A stretch of 63,926 nucleotides of DNA, the filler included, from Aduncisulcus paluster (lineage: Eukaryota), in the NCBI GenBank assembly GCA_024181965.1. It is 41 parts of 41 records of this genome, joined end to end, with 100 filler letters (N's around TTAATTAATTAA, not from the genome) between each part and the next. Parts side by side here need not be neighbours in the genome. Positions count along the whole stretch, not along the records: positions 10,657 to 11,673 come from BQXS01001356.1; positions 11,774 to 12,822 come from BQXS01001360.1; positions 12,923 to 13,936 come from BQXS01001361.1; positions 14,037 to 16,146 come from BQXS01001399.1; positions 16,247 to 17,953 come from BQXS01001400.1; positions 18,054 to 19,763 come from BQXS01001401.1; positions 19,864 to 21,583 come from BQXS01001402.1; 34 more parts are not named here. One strand, 5' to 3'. Every line of letters starts with the position of its first letter. Position 1 is the first letter of the stretch. Both the position numbers and the translations under genes were made by a program. Shown here in pieces: positions 10,668-21,683 of this stretch. The notes below the pieces were generated by a model that was not told where the DNA came from, did not search any database, and saw only the letters and a program-made list of their open reading frames with translations.

Positions 10668-11673
10668 ATGAAACTTGGGGAAAACCTGAGAGGACGCATG
10701 AAGGCGATAGTTTACAGGATGTATGGTCTAGCGGATAAATCCATAAAAGAGATAAACACGAAGACGGAAATGGGACCATATGTAGACGAATTTAAGAAAG
10801 CTAAATGCGAGATAAAACCTGTCGAAAAACTCAAGGAAGCCGTTGAGAAAGGTGATAAGATCGCAGAAAAAGAATGGGACAAGAGGATACAGCGTGAAAC
10901 CAGATGGAACCTGACAAGGGAAGTGGAAGAGAAAACCCCCTTGCTGGCGGGTGACGTGATAAGAATCAAAGAGATAAAGGATAGAGAAGCATATTTCAAG
11001 AAGAAAGATGAAGAGAGGAAAACTGCGGAAGAAACCCAACGGAAAAACGAAAGGAAAATGGTTAAAGAGCTGCGAGCAGCGCTGGATGCAAAGAACAGAA
11101 TATACCCTAAGACACCCTCGAGAAAAGAACGTGCCACAGATGCGAGGTACAGAGCAGTGCTGAACAGGAAGCTGGAGGCTAGAAAAAACCTGAGGGAGGG
11201 AACAGAAACAGTGGAAGACAAAATAGTATTGGAGGGAAGACCATTCTTTGAAATTCAATACCCTACTGACCCTAAACCTGGAAGAAGATCCGCGCCGGAG
11301 GAGGCCGAGACACTTTTGAAAGAAGGCAGCCTGGATAACTTGTCTCGCGTTATGGGCCCCGATCTACTGAAAGGAATGGAGAAGATGGTGGAACTAAAAG
11401 ACCAGATCACACCCGAAGATATTAAGAAATTTTCCATAGTCTGTGCAAAGGAAACAAGTAATCCAGTAAACCCAGATGATGATTACCAGAAGCTTGTAAT
11501 GGCTTTATTCAAATATATGGAAGACCTTTTCGAAGACCTGGACGAAACACCAGCAGCCGTTGAACCCTTTCGAGTGGAACTCGTCGATGAAACCCGCTGT
11601 GTTGCAGAGCAATACAGGCAAATCCGTAGGGACTGGAAAGATGAAATCCAAGAACAACTGATAAAAATGGAAG
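10668..11673 (+). mobile_element. Ty3/gypsy-like polyprotein fragment ending at the RT N-terminus
   Basis: C-terminal LFEDLDETPAAVEPFRVELVDETRCVAEQYRQIRRDWKDEIQEQLIKM parallels the pre-RT region of the element at 31170-32634. Confidence 0.7.
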
Positions 11674-11773
11674 NNNNNNNNNNNNNNNNNNNNNNNNNNN
11701 NNNNNNNNNNNNNNNNNTTAATTAATTAANNNNNNNNNNNNNNNNNNNNNNNNNNNNNNNNNNNNNNNNNNNN

Positions 11774-12822
11774 TTAGAGAGATGTGTAAACCGGAAGAAG
11801 CTCTGGCTAAAAAGAACTCGTTTGCTGACGCGGCACAAGCGAGCTATCTGGAAGACGTACGCAGAGCGCATGCAAATGCAAACAGAAATGGTGGTTCTGG
11901 TGGTAGATACGGCGGACGTGGTGGTTATGGCCGTAGAGATACTGGAAGATCTCGTGGTGGTTATCGAGGTGATCGTGGAGGTCGTGACCGTGGTGGTGAG
12001 CGTAGAGGTCAATCAAAATGGCGTCCAACGCACTGGCAGCCTCGTGAATCGGTAAAATGCATTAAATGTGGGCAATTTGGTCATTACTCACGAAACTGTA
12101 CGAACCCTCCACTCCCTTTGGAAGAACAGCGGAAAATCATGGATGAATTAGCCAAGGGAAGTAAAGAGGTTGATAAGTATTTGGACGAGATCATAGAATC
12201 TTGTGATAATGGTGATTTGACCTTTTACTATCCTGATGGTGTGGCTATGGAGATAAATTCGGATAATTGGTGGAGAGAAGTAATTCGAATGGGTTATATA
12301 CGTCTTTATTCGGCTCGTGGTATTAATGGAATTGTTTGGAGGACGTGTAATAAGCGTCGACATGGTGGTGCTGAATTGGATTATGGAAGACGTGATTTTG
12401 GTAACGGAAAGGATCATTGGAGAAGGAAAAACAATTTTCTGACGCTAAGAAAAGTATTTTTACTATGACAAGTAGTAATCCTGGTGGTATTGGTGGTGAT
12501 TTGAAAAGGTTGTGTCCGTTGGAACGGGAAGTAATTCAATATCGTGATCCTGATGTTGATGAACCTTGGGTGGATGATGCTGATGAAATGAAAGCTGATA
12601 AAAAGGCTAGAGAGACTATGGATGACCTTCGTATGGTGGATGGTTATGGTGAAGCTTTGGATTACATCCGAAAATCGAAAGGTCGTAATATTGGTGTAAC
12701 AGATGAGCAATTCCCGGTAGAAGCTTTGTCTGGTGGTGTTCCCTTCAATGCTGCAAAGCCTTTGGTTGAATCTAATTGGGTTCCTGGAGATAGGAGTTCT
12801 GTGGTGAAGTATAAAGCAGCTG
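11774..12822 (+). mobile_element. Gag-like ORF (RGG-rich, CCHC zinc knuckle) with an overlapping -1 frame ORF
   Basis: CIKCGQFGHYSRNC (CX2CX4HX4C); second frame open from ~12405 to the contig end. Confidence 0.7.
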
Positions 12823-12922
12823 NNNNNNNNNNNNNNNNNNNNNNNNNNNNNNNNNNNNNNNNNNNNTTAATTAATTAANNNNNNNNNNNNNNNNNNNNNN
12901 NNNNNNNNNNNNNNNNNNNNNN

Positions 12923-12943
12923 TCCATTTTCTGGGCAAGTTAA

Positions 12944-12977
<34 letters not shown>

Positions 12978-13936
12978 ATCCCGACTTCCATGGTAACCGT
13001 CCTGCTGTCTTAATCAACCTACACCATTTATGTAATCTGTGAGCGTGGAGTTAGGCACCTTAACTCGAACGTTCGGTTCATCCCGCATTGCCCATCCTGC
13101 TTACCAAGAGGGGCCCACTAACCGTCTTCCGCGATTCAATCCCATTCAAAGGTTCAATTATGCAACCCAGGGTTCATGCCAGTTCAGAGTTTGAGAGTAA
13201 GACAAGGAAGATGCTTCCCCGTTACTTCCAATCATTATCTTTACCCGACATAACTCGTTTCGACGGCAGCTTTGCTTAGGCAAATTTCGGAGGGAACCAG
13301 CTACGAGGCTGTTCGATGGGTATTTCGCCCCTTTGCCCATCTCATGTGACTGGTTCGCAGGCCAAGAACACTCACGACTTCCACCAGGGTTTCCCCTGGC
13401 TTCATCGCGGACAGGCAAAGATCACAGCCTTTCGGGTCCGTACGCTACTGCTCCCCCTCATCAATCAAACCCTTAGGTATAAGATTGCGGGCACTGTTGC
13501 AGTCCATATTTGACGAGGCACGGAGGCCTGGACATCACAGCTTGGAGAAATTTTGTTTTCACTGCGCCAAACAGGGTTTTAACCACCCGCCGACTTGCAG
13601 CAGAGTACGACTCCTTGGTCCGTGTTTCAAGACGGGTCATAGAACACCGCTCACGATGACTCGCTTATAACCCAAGGGAAACAAGCAGTAAGTTCCTCAG
13701 TTCCAATCCTCCCCATGAAAGAAAGACCTATAAGTCCCAAAGATGAACATAATGTTGCAAGCAACGATCACCTCTAGGTACCTTGTCTATCTCCACCGAA
13801 GAAGCTGAAACTCCCATCGTGTTCCCACAAGGTGAGGACGTAAAAAGTCACATCTCCCACCAAGCAGTACAATAATCCCGCACTGTTCTACGCTTCCACC
13901 ATAACGGTTTCAGATTCATTGATGACGCTTTTTTCA
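12923..13936 (-). rRNA. Eukaryotic 28S rRNA, partial (5' half)
   Basis: Reverse complement contains GACCCGTCTTGAAACACGGACCAAGGAG, GTAGCTGGTTCCCTCCGAA, AAGGAGTGTGTAACAACTCACCTGCCGAAT. Confidence 0.96.
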
Positions 13937-14036
13937 NNNNNNNNNNNNNNNNNNNNNNNNNNNNNNNNNNNNNNNNNNNNTTAATTAATTAANNNNNNNN
14001 NNNNNNNNNNNNNNNNNNNNNNNNNNNNNNNNNNNN

Positions 14037-14304
14037 GGAAGTATATTACACCATGTCTCCGTTTATGCACGCCGATAAAATGAAAACACCACTTTTGCTT
14101 ATTCACGGCGAAGCAGATAACAATTCGGGAACATTTCCGATTCAAAGCGAGCGTTATTTTAATGCTTTAAAGGGAATGGGAGCAACCGTTCGTCTGGTAT
14201 TCCTGCCCAAAGAAAGTCATGGATATGCAGCCCGAGAATCCATTCTGCACATGCTTTGGGAACAGGACCAATGGCTGGAAAAATATGTAAAAAACAAAAA
14301 ATAA
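14037..14304 (+). CDS. S9 prolyl oligopeptidase family peptidase, C-terminus (Bacteroidota)
   Basis: TPLLLIHGEADNNSGTFPIQSER...LPKESHGY (catalytic D and H). Confidence 0.9.
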
Positions 14305-14329
14305 TTCTGAAACCGGATTATTAAAAACA

Positions 14330-14362
14330 ATTCAGCGGGTGACTCAGAGTCACCCGCTGAAT
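14330..14362. repeat. Perfect 16-bp-arm inverted repeat between convergent genes (terminator or REP-like)
   Basis: ATTCAGCGGGTGACTC-A-GAGTCACCCGCTGAAT. Confidence 0.8.
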
Positions 14363-14391
14363 ATAAACTCTACTCTCTTTACCGGTCTGTT

Positions 14392-15117
14392 TTATTTCCC
14401 TTCATCGTTTTTTTTCGCACTACGACCCTCGCGCAGCGCCAGTGTATTGTTATATTTTTCTATTCGCTGATTCAATTCATTCACAAAGCCAGAATACGCC
14501 TCTTCTCCATTTACAATTACAAGAGCGCCTATTCGTTCGGTAATGGTTCGGTAGACCTCGTCAACCTGCCTGCGGACATCTTTCATACTCAGTTGCGTCT
14601 TTCCCGAATCTTCAGCATAACGTTCCTTCATCAACGTTTCAAAAGTAGTATTGGCAGTTTGCAGTTCAATCAGCCATTCGCCAATATTTAACTGGCTGAC
14701 ATCCGCGGCATAATCATTCTTGAGGTCGGAAAGCAGGCTGTTAATGGCAGCAGTTTGCTCATCATAAGATTTGACATTGATGTTTCCATAATGATCGATT
14801 GCAATTTCAATGCGGTTGGCAGACACTTTCACTGCGGAGTTATAATGATTGGTGGCTCCTTTTACCGTATCGCATATACCGCGGTAAAGCGAATCGCGAT
14901 AATGGTCGGCTTCGGCCAGCTCGCTGGTAACTGCACTTTTCCTGATTACATTTAGTGCATTGCTTTCATCGGTATATAAAGGTTCGTAAACCGCCCAGGC
15001 CGCTTCAATGCCCAGGGCGGCAGGAGTATATTGCTCCACCAGCCCTTTAAGTTCGGTTTGAAATTGAAAGTGTTCGTCGTTGCGAAGGCTTCTTAGTTTT
15101 ATAGATAAAATACTCAT
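14392..15117 (-). CDS. DUF6261 family protein (HagB/HagC-like, helical), complete
   Basis: LRNDEHFQF, IRKSAVTSELAEADHYRDSLYRG, YDEQTAAINSLL, FVNELNQRI; basic C-terminal tail. Confidence 0.8.
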   Translation of the reverse strand: MSILSIKLRSLRNDEHFQFQTELKGLVEQYTPAALGIEAAWAVYEPLYTDESNALNVIRKSAVTSELAEADHYRDSLYRGICDTVKGATNHYNSAVKVSANRIEIAIDHYGNINVKSYDEQTAAINSLLSDLKNDYAADVSQLNIGEWLIELQTANTTFETLMKERYAEDSGKTQLSMKDVRRQVDEVYRTITERIGALVIVNGEEAYSGFVNELNQRIEKYNNTLALREGRSAKKNDEGK

Positions 15118-15205
15118 AATACGTTTATTTTTAAATTTATATAAATAGAAAAGCTACATTTTTACTCTTTTTTTCAAGAAAAATTCGACCAAAGTATCGC
15201 TGGAA

Positions 15206-15373
15206 CTTTCCCCCACAGCGGAAAGTATGTTTTAGGTCTCGAACAAGGTTTCCTTCATGGGGGAAAGTCTGCCCGAGCCCTCGTTTGAGCTTTCCCCTAA
15301 AGTGGAAACCTTGCGCGAAAGGAAATTTATACTTTCCCCAAAAGGAGAAAAGCTGCGCGAGACATGGCACTGC
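15206..15373. repeat. Array of four 42-bp units, each a 20-nt palindrome plus a 22-nt variable spacer
   Basis: Units start at 15206, 15248, 15290, 15332: CTTTCC-cccacagc-GGAAAG, GTTTCC-ttcatggg-GGAAAG, CTTTCC-cctaaagt-GGAAAC, CTTTCC-ccaaaagg-AGAAAA. Confidence 0.85.
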
Positions 15374-15481
15374 ATTTCGACAAAAATTAATGCTTTATTT
15401 GAGGTGAATGTGTTCAAGTTACAGATACTGATTTGGTTGCTGAAAGAATTAACGGGAAAAGAACAGAAAGGTTACACGGGT

Positions 15482-15505
15482 GATGCGATTTGTAATCGCA
15501 TCTAC
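15482..15505 (-). repeat. GTAG-headed REP-like hairpin
   Basis: Minus strand reads GTAGATGCGATT-ACA-AATCGCATC. Confidence 0.55.
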
Positions 15506-15881
15506 ACCCCATTTTCTGTTTCCAGGATTATTTTATCCATTTCCCTCCAGCCGCATAATGAAATTATGTTTACCTTTAAAAAATAAAAACCAAAAACGTA
15601 TGCACTCACCCGCAAAATACAAGAAGTTTCATTTATAATCCTATTTTATTGGAAAAGATACAATTGTGCATGCGATAGAAAAAATAATGTAGGAAAATGA
15701 GGTGTTAGACGTACGTTAGCAACAATCCCACTACTGGTCGAAAAACAGTTGAGTTTTTGTGTTAACGATAAATTGGAGAAGTAGAAATTAAGTAAGGGTA
15801 AGAAAGATATGAAATCATTAAAGTGCATAATATCAGGAATATAAATTTACCGTTAGTCGGAAGCTAAAAAAATCCGAAGCA

Positions 15882-16146
15882 ATGAATAAAATAGGATTAT
15901 TATTTTTAATATTTTTAAGCTTAACGACTATTAGTAAAGCTCAAAATGAATATGTGAAATTTTTAGAGGACAATAATTGTGAGCCCTCTGCATATATGGA
16001 AAATCTTTTTAAAGAAAAGGACTTAGTCGTTTTGTGTGAAAGAATGCACCCGGAAATGACACAATATGATTTCATTATGGGAATTATCGCACAAAAATGG
16101 TTTATTGACAATATCGGAAATTTAATTATAGAAGTAGCAACCCGGT
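15882..16146 (+). CDS. Secreted hypothetical protein, 3' truncated
   Basis: Signal peptide MNKIGLLFLIFLSLTTISKA-Q. Confidence 0.7.
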
Positions 16147-16313
16147 NNNNNNNNNNNNNNNNNNNNNNNNNNNNNNNNNNNNNNNNNNNNTTAATTAATT
16201 AANNNNNNNNNNNNNNNNNNNNNNNNNNNNNNNNNNNNNNNNNNNNACAAAACATTTGTGAATTATTTTTGATAAATAACATTTTTACAAAAAATACGAT
16301 ACATTTGCATCGA

Positions 16314-16497
16314 TTTTGGTGTTCGATTCATCCTTTCGGGTGATAGAATGAAAAGGGAACCCGGTGAGAATCCGGGACAGTACCCGCTACTGTAATTCTC
16401 ATTTTGCCACGTGCAAAACAGAATTTTTACACCGCAAGCCACTCTCAGAAATGGGGGGAAGGCTGTAAAAATTGAGAAAAGTCAGGAGACCTGCCAA
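16314..16497 (+). ncRNA. Cobalamin riboswitch
   Basis: AAAAGGGAACCCGGTGAGAATCCGGGACAGTACCCGCTACTGTAA...GCCACT...GGGAAGG...AAGTCAGGAGACCTGCC (B12 box); a Bacteroidota -7 element TACATTTG lies at 16300-16307. Confidence 0.95.
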
Positions 16498-16642
16498 GTC
16501 GTAACTAATAAACATTTTGCTTCCGGGAAACGAAGTATATGTATTGAACTATTGTAGGTGTTCGGTATTTATTCCAATTCAATGTCTGTGTTAATATGCA
16601 GCTGGTGGCAATTTGTGATATTAATTTTATAATAACACAATT

Positions 16643-17953
16643 ATGCAACTGAAGCGTCTTTTTCTTATTGTTCTATTGTTTTTGTTTACTCAAACTCTTT
16701 TGGCTCAAACCGCCAGTTTATTTGGTAAAGTTAAGGAAAAAGAGAGTGACAATTCCCTTTGTGGGGCTAGTGTTTATATTGAAGGTAGTACACAAGGATG
16801 CGCGAGTAATTCCAATGGAGATTATCAGATAAAAAACTTGAAAATTGGAGAATATACATTGCTTGTCTCATTTTCAGGATTCAAAACTGCATCTAAAACA
16901 ATAAGCCTGAAAGAAGGTGAGAATAGGATCAACTTTGAATTGGAAGAGAGCCAAAGTGAATTGGGCGAGGTGGTAATTACCGGTACTGGTACACATTACA
17001 AAATTGGGGATGTTCCAGTTCAAACAGAGATAATTACCAAGAAGGATATTGAAGAAATAAATGGGCGAAATCTTGAGGAAATCATTTCGAATATCTCATC
17101 TTCTTTTGACTACACTTCCAGTTCAATGGGGACTAATATTAAAATAAATGGATTGGGTAAGGATTACGTTTTGATATTACTGAATGGAAAAAGATTAACT
17201 GGTGGAGTTGGAGGATACACAGATTTAAGCAGAATTGATTTTGATAATATTAAACAAGTTGAGATCATTAAAGGAGCATCTTCAACTTTGTATGGTTCTG
17301 ATGCAATTGCTGGAGTAATCAATATCATTACAAAGAAAAGCAAGCAAAAATTCGAAGTGAACAGCAATACAAGAGTGGGAGCCCATGGTGAACTGAAGCA
17401 ATTTAATTCACTATCCTTTCGCAAAAATAAATTTCAATCTAAAACAACTTATTCCTATAAGCAAACTGATGGCTGGCAGTTAAATGGTATGGAATACAAC
17501 TCCAAATGGGATAGTAATCATGACTTGCCATATTTAGTTCCAACCTACGATAAACCTGTAAACAAAAGCAGAGCTTATACCATTACTCAGAATTTGGAAT
17601 ATGATGTGAACAGAAAGTTGAACTTAAATGTAGATCTTTCATGGTACGAGAAGACTCTGTACTTTCCTTTTAAGGGAAGAATGCACAACTACTATTACAA
17701 CAATCGAAGTGTTGACTTGTGCGGGAATTACAAGTTGAAAAATAAAAACTATATCGATTTTAATATCAGTTTTGGTGATTATTTATATTACTCGGAATAT
17801 CCATATAAATACAATGAAACCTATATTACCAATACCGATGTAGTTAAGGTGACCTATTATCCTGGAGATAGGTTTAAGAATTCTGAACAAATTACAATCA
17901 ATACGCAGGCTAAGGCTGTTATTCATATGAATAACAATCATAAACTAAGTTTG
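16643..17953 (+). CDS. TonB-dependent receptor, BtuB-like (N-terminal extension, plug, start of barrel), 3' truncated
   Basis: LGEVVITGT, YVLILLNGK, VEIIKGASSTLYGSDAIAGVINIITK; downstream of a B12 riboswitch. Confidence 0.9.
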
Positions 17954-18053
17954 NNNNNNNNNNNNNNNNNNNNNNNNNNNNNNNNNNNNNNNNNNNNTTA
18001 ATTAATTAANNNNNNNNNNNNNNNNNNNNNNNNNNNNNNNNNNNNNNNNNNNN

Positions 18054-18457
18054 CTAATTGCTCTTCTTAAATCAACTGGGATAGAGGTCATTATCCATAC
18101 TCTAAATTTGGTAAATGAAAGAATAACAAAGATAATACCACTTAAAAATACAATCCCTAAAGCGGTTTGCCAAGGCATATTCATACCTAATACTAAACCA
18201 TAACTAAAGTAAGCATTCAGTCCCATACCAACACTCATAGCAATAGGTGTATTTGCCCAAATACCATTGAACATAGTTGCCATTATTGTAATAAGAGCTG
18301 TTGCTGTAATAACAGCTCCCATAGGTAACCCTGCATCATGTAAAATAAAACCATTTACAGGAACAAAATACATCATCGTTAAAAATGTTGTAAGCCCTGC
18401 TAAAAATTCTGTTTTTACTGTTGTATTATTTTCTTGTAATTTAAATCTTGAAAACAT
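18054..18457 (-). CDS. NCS2/AzgA family purine permease, N-terminus
   Basis: TEFLAGLTTFLTMMY, GMGLNAYF. Confidence 0.9.
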
Positions 18458-19564
18458 CTATTGTTTCTTTAGATTTAAAAGTTTATCTAAAGATTTAAAT
18501 ACTTTTTTATTTTGTTCTTTTGTTCCGATTGTAATACGGATAGCATTTTGTCCATATCCTGTCATATCTCGCACAATAATACCTAGTTCTAATAATTTTT
18601 GTGCTATCTCTTTTGAGATAGCTTTACCAGTGTAAATTGTGATAAAATTTGTATAACTTGGTATAAACTTCAAGCTATTGTTTACACAATACTTTTCATA
18701 CCGTTTCATCTCTTTAAAATTCTTTTTAATACACTTTTGTACAAATTTCTCATCTTGAAGTGCTATTTTTCCAGCTTCTAAAGAGAGTGTAGTTACATTA
18801 AAAGGTGGTCTTAATTTATAGAGGTTTTGAATAATATTTATATTTGCAATACCATATCCAACTCTTAATCCACCCAAAGCATACGCTTTAGAAAATGTCC
18901 CAAGATAAATCACATTTGGATATTTTTTTATTACTTTTTTTACATCAATTTTTTTAGCACTATCTTTATAAGAAGCATATTCTTGATACGCTCCATCTAG
19001 TACTACTAAAGTATCTTTATCAATTTCATCTAAAAACTTGTACACATCTTTTGCATCAAGACATTCACCCATAGGATTATTTGGTAAACATAAAAAGATG
19101 ATATCTGCACCCTCTTTTTTATAGATCTTTCTAAACTCATCTAAATTATGTTGGTCTGATGGTGTTTTTAAAATAGTTGCACCTGTTTGTTTTGCATAGA
19201 TTTCATACATAGCAAATGTAGTTTTTGCCATAAGTACTTTCGATTTTTTTGTACATTTTGCATGAACACAAAACTCTATTATTTGGTCACTGCCTGCTCC
19301 AATAATGACATTTTTATCTTCAACTCTAAACCTTTTTGCTAGAGCTTCTTTTAATTCATACATACTATCATCTGGATAAACAAAAGCACTTGATGATTTT
19401 TTTTGTAATGCTTTTATTACTTTTGGACTTGTTCCGTATGGATTTTCATTTGAGGCTAATTTTATAATATCTTTTGGATCTATTCCATAATCTCTTACTA
19501 CTAATTCTATTGGTTTCCCTGCTTCATAGATATTTACATTATCTAAAACACTATTAAATGTCAT
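18458..19564 (-). CDS. hisC: Histidinol-phosphate aminotransferase
   Basis: [34 protein letters not shown]. Confidence 0.96.
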   Translation of the reverse strand: MTFNSVLDNVNIYEAGKPIELVVRDYGIDPKDIIKLASNENPYGTSPKVIKALQKKSSSAFVYPDDSMYELKEALAKRFRVEDKNVIIGAGSDQIIEFCVHAKCTKKSKVLMAKTTFAMYEIYAKQTGATILKTPSDQHNLDEFRKIYKKEGADIIFLCLPNNPMGECLDAKDVYKFLDEIDKDTLVVLDGAYQEYASYKDSAKKIDVKKVIKKYPNVIYLGTFSKAYALGGLRVGYGIANINIIQNLYKLRPPFNVTTLSLEAGKIALQDEKFVQKCIKKNFKEMKRYEKYCVNNSLKFIPSYTNFITIYTGKAISKEIAQKLLELGIIVRDMTGYGQNAIRITIGTKEQNKKVFKSLDKLLNLKKQ

Positions 19565-19763
19565 CTGCTTCCCTTACATAACTTCCCAAGAATTTTATCT
19601 CTTTTGGATATTTTTTAAATATTGTTTTTACTTTTTCTTCATCTTTGTGAGCATTGAACTCAATAAAAAAAGTAGAAACCCCTTCTACTATATGTGATTT
19701 TATTTTTGTTAAATTTATATTTGCGGTATCAAAATCATTCAAAAATCGTACCAAAGCACCAGA
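19554..19763 (-). CDS. pheA: Chorismate mutase/prephenate dehydratase, C-terminal ACT domain
   Basis: INLTKIKSH...FFIEF...FLGSY; pheA-hisC gene order. Confidence 0.85.
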   Translation of the reverse strand, partial: SGALVRFLNDFDTANINLTKIKSHIVEGVSTFFIEFNAHKDEEKVKTIFKKYPKEIKFLGSYVREADDI

Positions 19764-19863
19764 NNNNNNNNNNNNNNNNNNNNNNNNNNNNNNNNNNNNN
19801 NNNNNNNTTAATTAATTAANNNNNNNNNNNNNNNNNNNNNNNNNNNNNNNNNNNNNNNNNNNN

Positions 19864-20404
19864 AAAACAGGAAGATATCAATTCTTTACTTGTAGAGTAT
19901 GGAAAAACACATGAAGTAGTTGTACGACTTAAAGGTGGTACACCATTTGTATTTGGACGAGGATACGAAGAGGTGCGTGCTATTATAGATGCAGGTTTTG
20001 AACCTGAGATTATTAGTGGAGTAAGTGCAACAACAAGTGTACCTGAAAGCTTTATGATTCCATCTATTGATAGAAAATTCAATGACTCATACAGAACGAT
20101 TACAGGGCATGATTTAGAAGTATTTACTGATATTGTTACAACATATCATCCACGCGAAAATTTAGTAATCATGATGGGAATTTATAACTTACAACATATT
20201 ATTAACACACTTATATCAAAAGGATTTCCTTTAGATTTACCTATTGCTATTTTAAGTAAAGGGAGTACAAAAGATGCTTCAAAATTAGTTTCAACTTTAG
20301 AAGAGATTCAAAATAAAGATGATGGTTTTTTTACTGAAATCCGTTCTTTAACACCTGCAATTATTTTTGTAGGTGCTTCAGTTAATAGTAAATATAATAG
20401 TTAA
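19864..20404 (+). CDS. cobA: Uroporphyrinogen-III C-methyltransferase, 5' truncated
   Basis: VVRLKGGTPFVFGRGYEE, ISGVS, TITGH, VIMMG. Confidence 0.85.
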
Positions 20405-20421
20405 AATATAGGTTTATAAAG

Positions 20422-21441
20422 ATGTCTAAAGAGTTAAGAAAAGGATACACAACAGGTGCACACACCTATATGATTTTTAATTCTGCTTTAGACTATTTTT
20501 TATCTACAAAATTAGTATCTATTTCAAAAACAAACAAAATGGATAATGATGATTTAGATGTTACGAAAAACTGTGAAATTGTTGTAACAATTAGTGATAA
20601 AGTTGATGATTTAAGACTAAATGTTACTCCACATAATGCACAAGTATGTGTACAAGGATCAAACAAACTTTCTATTTATGCTGGTCTAGGTGTAGGAGTA
20701 GTTACAAAAAAAGGTTTGAAAATCACACCAGATTTTCCAGCTATCAACCCTACCCCGTTAAATGCTATGTTTGATATCTTTAAAAAACTCTCACTTGATT
20801 ATGAAAATTTAGATTTACATTGTAGTGTGAGTATCACGGATGGAGAAAATATCTCAAAACAAACAGCTAACTCAAAAGTTGGTGTTGTAGGTGGTTTATC
20901 TATTTTAGGAACAACTGGGATTGTTAAACCAGTATCGAGCTCTGCATATATAGATTCTGTTCGTACAGAGATAGAGTTTGCAAAAGAAAATGAGTTTAAT
21001 CCTCTTATATTTACTCTCGGAAACTCTGCTTTTAGAGTTTCTAAAGAGAGTTATGATGAAGCTCAAATAGTAGAAGTAGCAAATTTTGTATACGATTCTA
21101 TAGAAATAGCAACACAAAAAGAGATAAAAAAAGTGATTTTTGTATGTGGTATAGGAAAAATGACAAAAGTCTATCAAGGTTTTAAAAATACACATAACAG
21201 ATTTGGAACTATAGACTTTGTCCAATTAAAAGAAGACATAAAAAATGAAATTGGTTATGAAGTTGATATAGAATCAACATTAACTGTAAAAGGTATCTCT
21301 CAAGAGCTAGAAAAAATAGGACTCGTAAACGATCTTTACACGATGATTGCTAAAAAAGCAAATGAACAAATAAAAGTGTGGTTTCCTACATCAAATGTAG
21401 AAGCCTTAATATTAGAACAAAGTGAGGTAACAGGATGGTAA
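20422..21441 (+). CDS. cbiD: Cobalt-precorrin-5B C1-methyltransferase
   Basis: LRKGYTTG, GVGVVTKKGL, PAINPTP, GVVGGLSILGTTGIVKPVS. Confidence 0.93.
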   Translation: MSKELRKGYTTGAHTYMIFNSALDYFLSTKLVSISKTNKMDNDDLDVTKNCEIVVTISDKVDDLRLNVTPHNAQVCVQGSNKLSIYAGLGVGVVTKKGLKITPDFPAINPTPLNAMFDIFKKLSLDYENLDLHCSVSITDGENISKQTANSKVGVVGGLSILGTTGIVKPVSSSAYIDSVRTEIEFAKENEFNPLIFTLGNSAFRVSKESYDEAQIVEVANFVYDSIEIATQKEIKKVIFVCGIGKMTKVYQGFKNTHNRFGTIDFVQLKEDIKNEIGYEVDIESTLTVKGISQELEKIGLVNDLYTMIAKKANEQIKVWFPTSNVEALILEQSEVTGW

Positions 21442-21583
21442 CAATTATCGGAAATGGTATGGGTGACTATACTTTTGATAATCTTCAAAATAAAGATATT
21501 GATTTATCTTCTTTTGATAAAATTATATGTGATAAAAACTTTAAAGAAGATGGTACACATATAGTAAAAGGTGGTTTTAAAAT
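21435..21583 (+). CDS. Probable CbiE-type precorrin methyltransferase, N-terminus
   Basis: MVTIIGNGMG start overlapping the cbiD stop. Confidence 0.6.
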
Positions 21584-21683
21584 NNNNNNNNNNNNNNNNN
21601 NNNNNNNNNNNNNNNNNNNNNNNNNNNTTAATTAATTAANNNNNNNNNNNNNNNNNNNNNNNNNNNNNNNNNNNNNNNNNNNN

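Noticed and set aside
7038-13936. Apparent bacteria-eukaryote horizontal transfer, or operons spanning neighbouring blocks
   Set aside because: Every change of origin coincides with a linker; there is no physical linkage.
15206-15373. Calling the 42-bp array a CRISPR
   Set aside because: Repeats are not identical, loops vary, spacers are only 22 nt and partly similar, and no cas gene is on the contig. Reported as a separate array type.
15700-15870. CGTTAGCAAC and CCGTTAGTC motifs as attC right ends before ORF 15882
   Set aside because: No convincing matching left arm or hairpin found by eye.
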